A stretch of DNA of 64,000 nucleotides from Coniocarpon cinnabarinum (Eukaryota), in the NCBI GenBank assembly GCA_051942205.1, contig JAVECO010000021.1:1-64000 (forward strand), written 5' to 3'. Positions within the stretch are counted from its first letter, which is position 1, and each line of letters opens with the position of its first letter. A program made the translations under genes and the position numbers. The notes under the pieces were generated by a model that worked only from the letters and a program-made list of their open reading frames with translations, ran no database searches and was not told where the DNA came from. Positions 51,947-63,355 of the stretch are shown in pieces.

Positions 51947-54266
51947 ATGGACCATTCAGCGCACATGGATGTGGATATGGGTGGTGGGATGATGGACAGT
52001 ATGGCTCACACACATTCTCTGGACGAAAGTACCGCTGAGCGCTAACGTTTGCCAGTGGACGACATGGATGAAGGCACCATCGATGTGACCTGGATCCCTC
52101 GAGTCTATTGGATCTTTGTTGGGGCAGCGATAGCCGTCTTTGCAGCAGTCAATCTCATCAATCACTTCACATACTGGCAACGGTGCGTCAAGCGCGAGAC
52201 CTGTTGAAGGGCTGGATCCAAGCTGATATCATCGCAGTATGCGAGCTCTGGCGAAAGGGAGAGCAGATCCAGCACGGCCACATAATTCCCTATTTCGTTG
52301 TCTTGCCGCAGCGAGTGCTCTGTGTCGGGAGGTCACGAATTTTGCCCTTTCAAATCTGCCCGCTCGATACTCCTTCATCGGCTGGACCATACAGTCTCCA
52401 TCATTTGGCACGTGCCTGCTCCTGACCGCCAACACACTAATTCTTTTAATCTTGGGCTTCTACAAACTGGACCCAGCAGATTATGACGACTATCAGAACA
52501 TCGCGTATCGATGGGGTTTCCTCACACTAGGCCAAGTTCCACTGGTTTTTCTCCTCGCTGGCAAAGAGAGCCTCATTGGACTCTTCACAGGTCACAGCTA
52601 CGAACGCTTGAACTGGCTCCACCGATGGGTCGCGCGATGCATGTTCCTCACCGCAACCCTACACATGGGGTTTTGGTTTGGAAATTGGGCACCGTATGAT
52701 TACATCGGCTACCAAATTAAGAACGACCACAAGTTCACCCAGACTGGATTCGCCGCCTGGTGCATCCTTCTATGGGTGATGCTTAGCTCCGTCGCACCTA
52801 TTAGAGGCCTATCCCACGAACTTTTCATCCTGCAACATTTCATCAGTTTTACGGCTTTCATGACCATGATCTTCATTCACACGCCTCCCTCTGATCATGC
52901 ATGGCTGTGGGTGCCAGTTGCATTGTTCTTCTTCGATCGACTATTGCGGTGGGGCTGGCTGGCTTACAACAATTTGAGGATTTTTCACCCAAACCGACAA
53001 CCACAGGAGGAGTCATATCTGACGTGTCATGCGGACTTGACGCCTCTTCCAGGACAGATGACCAGGTTGAGTATCCGAAACCCGCCAATGCATTGGAGCC
53101 CAGGGCAGCATGTTCATCTCTCGTTACATTCCATCAGCCCCCTCCAAAGTCATCCTTTCACCATTGCTTCAATACCTTCTGACGGCAAAATGGATTTCAT
53201 CATCAAAGCGCGCAAAGGTAGTACGCTGAGATACAATAAAATTGCTAAGATACTGTTGGGCTTGCCAGTCGATTCACGCATGACTTCTAGAACGACAGTG
53301 CCATGCATGATTAGCAACTCGTACGGATCAATGCGATCACTGCGACAATTCGACAGTGTTGTTCTCATGGCTGGCAGCACTGGCGCAACGTTCGCTGTGC
53401 CGCTACTCCGCGACATCGTGGAGCAATGGAGACTGTCGGCTCGCCCGGAAATGTTCTCGAAACGATCTTTGCTCTCGCAATCAGGAGCCGTGACTAGGCG
53501 AGTACGCTTTGTCTGGGTCGTCAAGTCAGGGGAATGCATGAGCTGGTTTGCTAGCCAGCTTCGGCAGGCTCTTGTGGACGTGCGTATGCTTTGTGAGAAC
53601 GGGATAGACGTTCGACTGAAAATGAGCATCTACGTCACCTGCGATGATTCTTTCACATCAGACTGGGGCTTTGCAGGACCTGACAGTTCTCGTCAAAACG
53701 GAGCACATCCTCCACGAGGCATGAACCCTGTCACTCAAACTGAAGGGTCAGAGAGTCGATTGTCGCAGGACAAGACAGCAAAGTCGAAGTTTGATCAGCG
53801 GGAGACTGTTCGTGAGGTAGATCCTCGGTCGGATTCGACTTCGAGTTCTACAATTTCGCCCACAAAGGCCAAAGCCTGCAGACCTGACGGCACGTGCTGC
53901 TGCCAAACTACTGTCACCGACGAAAAGTCTGCGCCCAGCTTCACATGCAAATGCAATTGTTCTGGTCACGCCGATACAGCCACTTCAGACAGTAACCCCA
54001 CGAGTTTTGTCGCCGAAGACTCTAATCCAGTCAGAGCTCTGGCAAAGGAAAATGTGGCTGTCGTGTCTGGTCGTCCTCACCCGAAAACAATCATCAGACG
54101 GACTTTAGAAGTGGCGCGAGGAGAAAGTGCGGTGGTAGTGTGCGGACCTCACAGTCTCAACAACGACGTGCGAAGAAGTGTTGTTCAATTGAGTGATGAG
54201 CGTGCAGCTGGTAGAAGCACGGGCGCGCAGGGCGTGTACTTTTGGGGAGAGGGTTTCGGCTACTGA
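51947..54266 (+). CDS. Ferric/cupric reductase (FRE family)
   Basis: Introns 51999-52055 and 52183-52237. Heme-ligand His in LHRWV...TLH and LQH...IH; FAD motif HPFTIAS; NADPH motif AGSTG; C-terminal VCGP...EGFGY. Confidence 0.93.
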
Positions 54267-54793
54267 TAATCGGTACGACGCAAACGAAGCAAGATGATAC
54301 CCCATATTAAAGTCTCTACTACATGAGTGCTAGGTCCTCCTAACAAGCTTCGCCTTGCCGTCTCCACTACCCGCATTCGCAATTGCATTCCTGTCATGGA
54401 CAAGCTATACTACAAACAGTCACGTGCATGCCATCATAACTTGCGCAATTTTAGCTCACCTCACAGACGCAAGACTTTCCACTGTTTCACTTAGTCGTAT
54501 AGCCCACGCGGGCGCCAAGATCATGCGCATGTGTAGATGCGACGACCAGTCCAGACCTGCGCTTGCCATGGGTCTGGGCGGTTTCGTCTGGAGTCATATT
54601 GAGGGTTTCGTCTTGTAGCTGCGTTCTTGCTTTCTTACCCATTTCTGCACGCAACCAATCTTCAAGTAGGACTATCTGAATTGATCCTGCACGCAGATAG
54701 GTACTCCTGCCTGCTTCTCGTCCAGCGCGTAAGCCAAAAAGCTTCAAAAACATTGCTCTCATGTCGCAACTCCCTTCCGGCTTCACAGTCAGG

Positions 54794-55798
54794 ATGAAGT
54801 TTCTTTTCCTCGTTTCCCTTGTCATGGCGGCTCTGGCCAATGCTCATTACACTCTGGAATACCCGCCCGCTCGTGGCTTTGACGAGGACATGGAACCGCA
54901 GTATCCGTGTGGTGGATTCAACAGCATTAGCAGCAATCGTACAGAAGTGCCAATTGGGAGTACATTCCCTGTCCAGGCAAGTCATCCACACAAAGCTCCA
55001 GTACCGCTAAGTCAAGAAGCGGAGTCCCCACATCAATGAAAGATGTAGGAGGATGTACTACCCTTGCTGACATCTCTTCAAGCTCAACCTTCATCACACG
55101 GCCAGTCTCATCACAGCTGCTTTCGCACTAGGCAACAATCCTCAGCCGCAAGACTTCACCACGCTTTTGATGCCCACAATTCAGGAGCGAGGACCTCAAG
55201 ATTTCTGCTTAGGTGGCATCATGATTCCAGAGAACGTGTCTGGCACCAATGGCACGTTAATGCCGGGGATGAACGGTAAGCCTTTTCACCGGATACTGTT
55301 GAGCTCCTTCTTTGATCGAGCTTAATGTGCTGTCGTTCAATCTACATCCTGCATCCGTGCATCGAGTGTGGGTCGCGTTCGTTTTGCTAACTTGCATAGG
55401 CACACTCCAACTTCAGACCAACGGCGACCCGTCAGGCGGGTTGTACCAATGCGCCGATATCACCTTCGTGGCCGCCTCATCCTACAGATTCGACTCTGCC
55501 AACTGCAAGAATTCAACCGGTGTCAACGCCCAAGCGGTCCAGTCGGACGAGCAGGGACGCGCCGCGAATGGCACGGCTTATGGTGGCGAAGGTGCGTCTT
55601 CTCTATTCTCTCAATCCAAACGAAATGCCTGTCAATTAATGCGACGTGCTAGGTGTGAACCCCTCGATGACGACGCCTGCGCCTGCCATTGAAAGCAGTT
55701 CAGCGGCTGCGATAGGAAGGGCGAGTGTTAGCGTGGGAAGCTTGATGGCGGTGGTGTTTAGTTCGTGGGGTCTGGGGCTCCTTTACTCGCCGTTCTGA
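54794..55798 (+). CDS. GPI-anchored X325/BIM1-like (LPMO-like) copper-binding protein
   Basis: Signal peptide ending ANA then HYTLEYPPARGFDED...PCGG; exon 2 LNLHH...DFCL; exon 3 GTLQLQTNGDPSGGLYQCADITF; exon 4 Ser/Ala-rich spacer plus hydrophobic tail. Introns 54977-55082 (GC donor), 55276-55399 and 55592-55652. Confidence 0.88.
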
Positions 55799-55975
55799 TT
55801 GGCAGGTAAAACACGGTCGAAACAGGCCAGATGAGTTACGACAGATGCAGTTCTGGACGAGAGCCATCGCCTTAGAGCTGCAATGCACTGCTTTCATGAG
55901 CAGAGAGCAGGATGAGCAATAGCATGAGATGGAATCTCACCAATAAAATACTTCACATTCTGGCATGCTAACATG

Positions 55976-57444
55976 TCACACCCTTCGCAAATCCCAATCA
56001 AGGGCAGTCCTATAGTTTTCAATCCCCCGCACTGGGTTGACCCTCACAGCATCGGCTGTCTTCCTGTTGCCACTTCCTCCTCGGGCCACCCGCTGCCCGG
56101 CTCTCCCTCCCTGTCCAAACATCTCCCCAATCCATCCCAACAATACAGGTAACCCTGCCATCATGACACCGTCATGGCCGATGCCGGGCAACTTGACCAA
56201 ATCAATCTCGCAGTTCGGGTACATCTCACATGTCTCCTTCACCGCTGCTTCAGTATCGTCGACGGAGATGGCGCTGTCTTCATCGCCCTGGATGACGTAG
56301 AGAGGGCCATCGATTGGACGACGACCGTTCGCTGTAATGTTGATGTATCGTCTGAATGATGTGTTGCTTTTATAATCAGGCTTCAGCAGCAGGATGCCTT
56401 CCAGGAAAAAGGAGGACATCGCATTGCTGCCCTGTCAGTGTCAGGTTAGTACTCAGTCTGTCGAAGTTCTGAGCCTGAGGCACGTCGAAGACATCATCTT
56501 CTCATTTTTTTATGGTACGGGCAGACAGGCGATTTACGCACCTTCGACATCTTCCACAGATCTAGCCCCTCCTTCGCTTCGTCTGTCAGCATTTCCTCCC
56601 ACGTGAAGCTCGAACAGTTGTGCGCCATCTCCAGGACCATGCACGCCACCACGTGCTGGAATCCAGGATCATCGCCCTTTTTGCTTGCCTCCATGAGTAC
56701 GTCTGTCACTGGCGCAATCGCTATTGCTCCTAGGTAGCCCTCCATGGGCTCCAGCGCCTGACGCTGAGCAACTGCCCATGCAGTACCGCCTCCCTGACTT
56801 ACGCCTACCACAGCAAAATTGCGCGATAGTTCTGAAAAGGCAGATCGTGCAGCTTGCACACCAAAGGCCACGTCATTAGCATGCGCCGGATGTGCTACAT
56901 ACTCGTGAATGATGTGCTCGCCTGCGCCGTCCTTCTCGACACCGAGCCCAGCGTAGTCAGGGGCCAAGACGGCATAGCCCGCTGTCAGAAGCTGAAAAAG
57001 GCCGTTGAAGCCTTTGCACAGACCTGCGAAGTGGGAAGGTGCGCTGTCGGCGAAGATGCCACTGGACCCGTGAGCCCAGGCAACAAGAGGAAACTTGTCC
57101 GCTTCATGGGCCACGACTCGATGACAGAGTGGCCAGAGAAGACATGCAGACGTCGGAATGAGCCGGCCTGTTAGCGATCGAGTCTGATATATGAGGCGCG
57201 AGAGCGCGACGCCTGGAGGGAGATAGTAGGGAGAGGTATCAGTATGTGCCTCAAGCTTGAGGAGTGCGCCTGCATGCTGGCCGACGGCGGACGCTTCAAC
57301 GTGGTAGAAGGGGTCGGAAGCGACAGAGCCATTAATCCAGAGCGCGCGCTCATCTTGGAGCGCTTTGAGAGCTTCGTGGGTGACTCTGCCAGAGTCGACA
57401 AGATCGCGGAGATCGCTGTCCTCTGTGTGTGAGGAGGCTGCCAT
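55976..57444 (-). CDS. Secretory-lipase (LIP)-like alpha/beta hydrolase, no evident signal peptide
   Basis: VAWAHGSSG, APDYAGLG, GVSQGG, VIQGDED, GIGHD; intron 56432-56541. Confidence 0.8.
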
Positions 57445-58164
57445 ACCGTTCAAAAATGCAAGAACGTCAAACGAGGTTGATTACTATCGGGCGAGTCCTT
57501 AGATGAGCAGCCGAAACCAAAGAAAGGGAATGTGTTCGAGAGGAACTTAGATGACCTTTGAACTGAAAGGGACATACTGTCCTTGGGGCCATACTATTCG
57601 GCACGACGCTTTCATCGATGACGGCCATCGATGCTCAGCCGGTGGCTGTGAGGGTGACGAGATGTCTCTAGACTTATCCTCGCTAAACGTCACGTAATCA
57701 GCATAATGGGTTCGTCAATCCTCAGCAAAGGGAGCGAAGTGGGAAACGCCTTTCTCTGGGTGGCGATCAGAATCCTCGAGGGCGCCTCAAATCTACAATC
57801 AGAGCTTGCATCTCGGGGTTAATGATCACACATTGAATGGAAGTCGATTCCGAATCGATTGACTATTGCGTCTTCGAATAACTTCAAGCCAGACAGCAAT
57901 TCCACTTGGGCAGGAGCGAAGGGCCATCAGGATTATAAGCTAAGAGAGGAGCCAGTCACGTGCTCGAGATCCCCCCTAGCAACACCTTTTTGTTTATGTG
58001 CTCGGCACGGAGATATTCGCTGTACGCTAGCAAGGCGCCTTGGACTTTAAGCACCGTTCATGCCAGATGCAACAAAGCCGCGCCGGTGCGAGCCTTCATG
58101 ACATGAGTTCTAGCAGAGCTTTCTGATTGTGCCTGCACAATCCCCATCCTCTTTTCCCGCCGAG

Positions 58165-60350
58165 ATGGCGACAAACAACTCTCCCGCAAAGTCTGATCTC
58201 AAGATGCCCATGCCTCCACCGCAGATGCATACTCGTTCTGGCAATGGTTATCCTTCTCCCTCAACGCCAACCTACACGGGCTTCACATCCCCTGCAGAAA
58301 CGCCACAAGGTAGCCCGAGCAAGAAGCAGATTCCTCAAGGATCGCATGACCTCCCCAACATCTTCAACAGCGCTCTGAAGCTCAATCCCACCCAAGGCAA
58401 TGCTCACAGTCAACACTCACCACCGCATTCACCGGCATCTCCTACGAAGGGCGCGAGAGCTCCATTGTCTGAGCATCCTATCAACGACTTCAGACAAAGT
58501 GTGACCCAAGATGACAAGGCCGGAAAGCCCACCGTTGCCGGTGTCACCGGCGGCGAAAACACACCACCCGGCATCGCACGCACAGACTCGCCATTCACAA
58601 ATCAAGCAGCGCTCTCACGTCAAAGTGCCTACCAGAAGAACACCTATCAAGCGCCTACGACTCGTTCGATGCAGACTTCGCTGTCTCGTGAAGACCTCGA
58701 GAAACTACAAAAGCCTTCGGTCAGACGGCTAACGAACGTCACTCAGCTGTGTTAGTACATGAGGGTACCAGAACCTGGGACTCGTACTAATAGACCCTTG
58801 CAGACTTTCTTGACTACTACTATGATCTCCTTAGCTACGTCCACAACCGCCAGAATCGTCTTTCGCATTTCAAAGCCGCCAACCACCCACCTCCCGAGGA
58901 AACCACCGATCCTGACTACAATGCCGCGTTGAGCAAGTATCTGGGACGTGAGCGGGCTTATCTGAGAAAGCGCAGAACCAGATTGAAGTATGGCGACTTC
59001 AACATGCTTACCCAAATTGGTCAGGGCGGCTATGGACAAGTCTATCTTGCTCAAAAGAAGGACTCGAAGGAAATTTGCGCCCTGAAGGTCATGAGCAAGC
59101 GCCTTCTCTTCAAGATGGATGAAGTGAGACACGTTTTGACCGAGCGCGACATCTTGACGAACGCGAAAAGCGACTGGCTTGTGAGGCTCCTATACGCATT
59201 CCAGGATGAGCGCAGCATATACTTGGCCATGGTAAGAAAATCCACACCCAATCTTTGACCCGCCGCGATATGCTAACACGATCAGGAATATGTCCCTGGT
59301 GGCGACTTTCGTACTCTACTAAATAACGCCGGAGTCCTGCACAATCGTCATGCTCGGTTCTACATCGCCGAGATGTTCGCTTGTCTGGATGCGCTCCACG
59401 TCCTCGGGTATATTCATCGTGATCTCAAGCCTGAGAACTTTCTGATTGATGGATCTGGCCATGTCAAACTTACGGACTTTGGGTTGGCTTCCGGCATGCT
59501 CGTGCCTGCGAAGATCGAGTCAATGCGTCTTCGCTTAGAGCAAGTCGGTGACACTCATGTGCCATTTTCAGCTGGCATTCCTACTGCGGCAGGTGCCGGC
59601 AAGCCTATGTCTGATCGAACGCTCGCCGAACGTCAACAGGGATACCGCAATCTTCGACAGCAAGATGCTAATTATGCGAAATCTGTGGTCGGTTCACCTG
59701 ACTACATGGCGCCCGAGGTGCTGCAAGGTTCACGTGGCTACGACTTCACGGTTGATTACTGGTCATTGGGTGCCATGTTGTTTGAGGCACTGGCCGGCTA
59801 TCCTCCATTCGCGGGTGCTACGGCGGACGAGACTTGGAACAATCTTAAAAACTGGGAAAACGTGTTTCAGAAGCCAGTCTACGAAGATCCGAACTACTTT
59901 CTCTCGAAACGCACATGGGGACTCATCTGCAAATGCATTGCTCGCCGTGAGCATCGATTCTCATCATTCAAAGAAATCCAAGCACACCCATACTTCGCCG
60001 AGATCGACTGGTCAGTGTTGCGGGATCCAGAGAAGGGACCCAAAGCACCTTTCGTGCCACAACTCGAGGGTGACACTGACGCAGGCTATTTCGATGATTT
60101 TGAATCCGAGAAGGACATGGCCAAATACAAGGAAGTTCACGAGAAGCAACGCCAGCTAGAGGACATGGCCGAACGAGGCGAAAAGATGGGCAAGTCGCTG
60201 TTCGTCGGCTTTACATTCAGACACCGCAAACCGAGCCCAGACGATGGCGCAACAACCAACGGTGGGAGCCTCAAGAAGGGAACACCCGGTGGCTTGAAGC
60301 AAGTGCAAGAGGAAGCTGAAGATGGAGAAGACTTTGGGACCATGCTGTGA
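58165..60350 (+). CDS. DBF2: NDR-family kinase Dbf2/Sid2 (SIN/MEN)
   Basis: NVTQL|YFLDYYYD, RERAYLRKRR, GQGGYG, HRDLKPEN, SVVGSPDYMAPE and the FVGFTF hydrophobic motif; introns 58751-58803 and 59232-59285. Confidence 0.93.
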
Positions 60351-61321
60351 AGGTGAGGTGGGTGGCAAGACGAGCGAGCGTCGCAACTGGGCCCTCTGAA
60401 GGCAATATTCAGTTCGTGTCTTGTGTTACTGGGATGTTTGTTATGAGTAACATGCATGATGGTCTTTTCTGTTCTGGTCTGATCTTTGGGGGATAGCATG
60501 GCCATGGAAATTAGCATAGAATCGCAGCGGCGTCGAATACGAGTCTCTGACGCGGCATCTCTTGGAACACGTGACACTGTTAAGCGAGCAGTGCACCGTC
60601 AACTCACGTGATTTGCCCAGAGATGGTCAAGCGCATTGCTGGAGGGCCAAAACAAATCTCGCAGGAGGATTGTTCACCCCAGACTCCTCAACCTTGTTTC
60701 ACGTCTCAAGATGCCAAGTGGCCTCTGTCTCCAGAGGCAAAACAGCGGGGATGAATGCGTTTTCGGCCTTGAAGTTGCTCGTTGCGCATCTGCATATCTC
60801 CGACCGCTGCCTGCGGACTTCTGTAGGGACACTTTCATCTGGGACGGCTTTACTTGTTCACGTTATGTATCGTCTGGCAGATCGTCGCCGAATGTCCTGT
60901 TTCATCACCACCCGTCTTTAGCAGTTTCTTACCACTCATCTCGCTTTACTTTTCTATTCCAAGGTCCGGGGCCGCCCTTTCGCTGTCACAGCGGTCGCGG
61001 CTCCTGCGGCACGACCTCCTTGTGCACCTAGCTGACCATGCTTGAGCCTGGTCCTCTTGCACCGCTGACCTATCCTGACCCGTGTGTAGAACCATTTCCG
61101 TCGCTGCCCAAAGAATGATCCCCTTTTCTACCCATTTTTCGCTTGGCTTTGCCTTGGCTTCGGCTCTCGTCCTGTCAATCTTCTGGTGTTTTTATTGAGG
61201 CTACTTATAGAACAACGAGCTCAATGCCTGTCAGCAGAGCATGCCGACGTCTTTCCTTTCTGCTAGTATCTCTCATACTGGCTTTCATATTGGATGATTG
61301 TTTGAGTTGAACATAGGCCGT

Positions 61322-62941
61322 ATGGCATGTGCATTCCTCTTCGTCTTGCTCTCGTTCGTTCTTGGCCCTCTTGGGATTTCAGCACTGCCCCCAGCGGATC
61401 GAGTAGATCGCCAAGGGACGGCGCGCATAGAGAAGCGCGATCCCTCTGACTATCCTCCAACGTCCACGAGCTGTCCTGACCAGCCATATACACGTTCAGC
61501 AACGGGCATCAGTCCGGCGGAATCGACATGGGTCGCCTCACGAGCAAGCAACGCTGCACAGGCTTTACAGTCATGGCTGAGCAAGACAGACCCGGCCTTT
61601 GGTCAACCTTCAAAATATCCAACGCTAGCCCTCGCAACCAGTGGAGGAGGTCTCCGTGCGACACTTCTTGGCGCTGGGGTACACCAGGCCATGGATGGAC
61701 GCGAGACGAATGCCACCAGTATGACGGGACTGTACCAAGCCATGACCTATGAGTCGGCGCTGTCTGGTGGGAGCTGGCTCGTCGGGTCTTTAGCTGCCGC
61801 AAATTGGGCGACAGTCTCGGACCTTCAGTCATCCCTTTGGTCAAACACGTTCAACGACGGTCTGCTGGCTCCCGGCGGCTTACTTGAGAGCGTCGGTATT
61901 GATGGCAACATCATTCAGTCAATGCACGCAAAGGATGATGCTGGCTTCCCCATTACCATCGTTGATGCATGGGGTCGTTTGCAAGGCTACGCACTGCTTC
62001 AACAAGAGGAAGGCGGTATCTCGCAGACAATGTCGGGGCTCACACAAAACTCCAATTTCGCTTCACAGGCCATACCATTTCCTATTTTCACAGCTATTGG
62101 AGTCGCAGACGCTGATCAAGGCTCGTGCCTTCCAGTCGACGACTCGCTTCAATTTGAGATGACGCCATTCGAGTTCGGTAGTTGGGATAAAGGCTATGCC
62201 AGCTTCATTTCATCGGAGTACCTTGGCTCACATGGGGACCAATGTGTGACGGGCTACGACAGACTGACTTATTTGATGGGTACTTCCTCGGACCTGCTCA
62301 ATGAAGCGTTCTCCGTCCTACCAGCGGGTACCACGCAGCTGCTTCAGAATGTGCTCGACGAGTTTGATAAGACCACCTCAGACTGTCAATTTCTCCTCGC
62401 CGCATACCCAGATCCTTGGCAAGACGATGCCGGCACGCTCTACCTCACGGACGGTGGGGAGAGTAACCAAAACAATCCAATTTGGCCTTTCCTGAATCAC
62501 CGCGACGTTGATGTGCTTTTTGTGACAGACGTGTCAGCTGATGGTACCGACTCATTTCCGAACGGCACAGAGATTTACCATACGTATCAGCAAGCCCAGA
62601 ACAACGGCCTCTCACGCATGCCAGTCATTCCTGACGCAGCTACTTTCGCCTCCCAAGGTCTAACGCAGCGTCCAACCTTCTTCGGCTGCAATGATGAGAA
62701 TGTCATGACAATTCTGTGGATGCCTAATCAAGCCTACACTTTCCAAAGCAACACATCCGCAACGCAGCTCCAATACGATCCTGATCAGACCAATGCCATG
62801 ATTAAGAACGGGAACGCGATCGCAACGTATGGAGACAGTGAGATATTCGGTGAGTGTGTGGGTTGTGCGATCATGAAGAAGACTGGGACGGCACTGCCAG
62901 GGCCTTGTCAGAGCTGCTTTGAAAATTTCTGTTACAATTGA
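61322..62941 (+). CDS. Secreted lysophospholipase / phospholipase B
   Basis: Signal peptide; SGGGLRA, ALSGGSW, FEMTPFEFGSWD, LTDGGE, RPTFFGC. Confidence 0.93.
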   Translation: MACAFLFVLLSFVLGPLGISALPPADRVDRQGTARIEKRDPSDYPPTSTSCPDQPYTRSATGISPAESTWVASRASNAAQALQSWLSKTDPAFGQPSKYPTLALATSGGGLRATLLGAGVHQAMDGRETNATSMTGLYQAMTYESALSGGSWLVGSLAAANWATVSDLQSSLWSNTFNDGLLAPGGLLESVGIDGNIIQSMHAKDDAGFPITIVDAWGRLQGYALLQQEEGGISQTMSGLTQNSNFASQAIPFPIFTAIGVADADQGSCLPVDDSLQFEMTPFEFGSWDKGYASFISSEYLGSHGDQCVTGYDRLTYLMGTSSDLLNEAFSVLPAGTTQLLQNVLDEFDKTTSDCQFLLAAYPDPWQDDAGTLYLTDGGESNQNNPIWPFLNHRDVDVLFVTDVSADGTDSFPNGTEIYHTYQQAQNNGLSRMPVIPDAATFASQGLTQRPTFFGCNDENVMTILWMPNQAYTFQSNTSATQLQYDPDQTNAMIKNGNAIATYGDSEIFGECVGCAIMKKTGTALPGPCQSCFENFCYN

Positions 62942-63355
62942 AATGTCTCCTCTCAAACGTCATCGCACATGTATTGTTCATCAAATGTTACTTCTTGCGG
63001 TTGTCGCCCTGCAAAATCGTGACGTGAGTGGAATCGAGCGAGAGCCCACAATAGGATTAATGTTCTCAATTTCACGTCATTGTGCTACTGTGTATATGCG
63101 GCTGGCGTCACAAATGCGGACCATGGTCGTGTGTGGAGCGAGTATGGTTAGGCTGAGCGCGAGTTCTCAACCACTCATTCAATGTTCCACGTTAGATACC
63201 CTACATGACAAGCACTGTCTTCCCATGTACAGTCTCTTCCCGGCAGCACCTATAGACTTCGCGAAGCGACACACTGTACTTTGAATACTCCAATTGTCGA
63301 ACCTTACAAGTCAGCTAAATTGCGCGCTCATACCAGTATACGACATCATACATCC

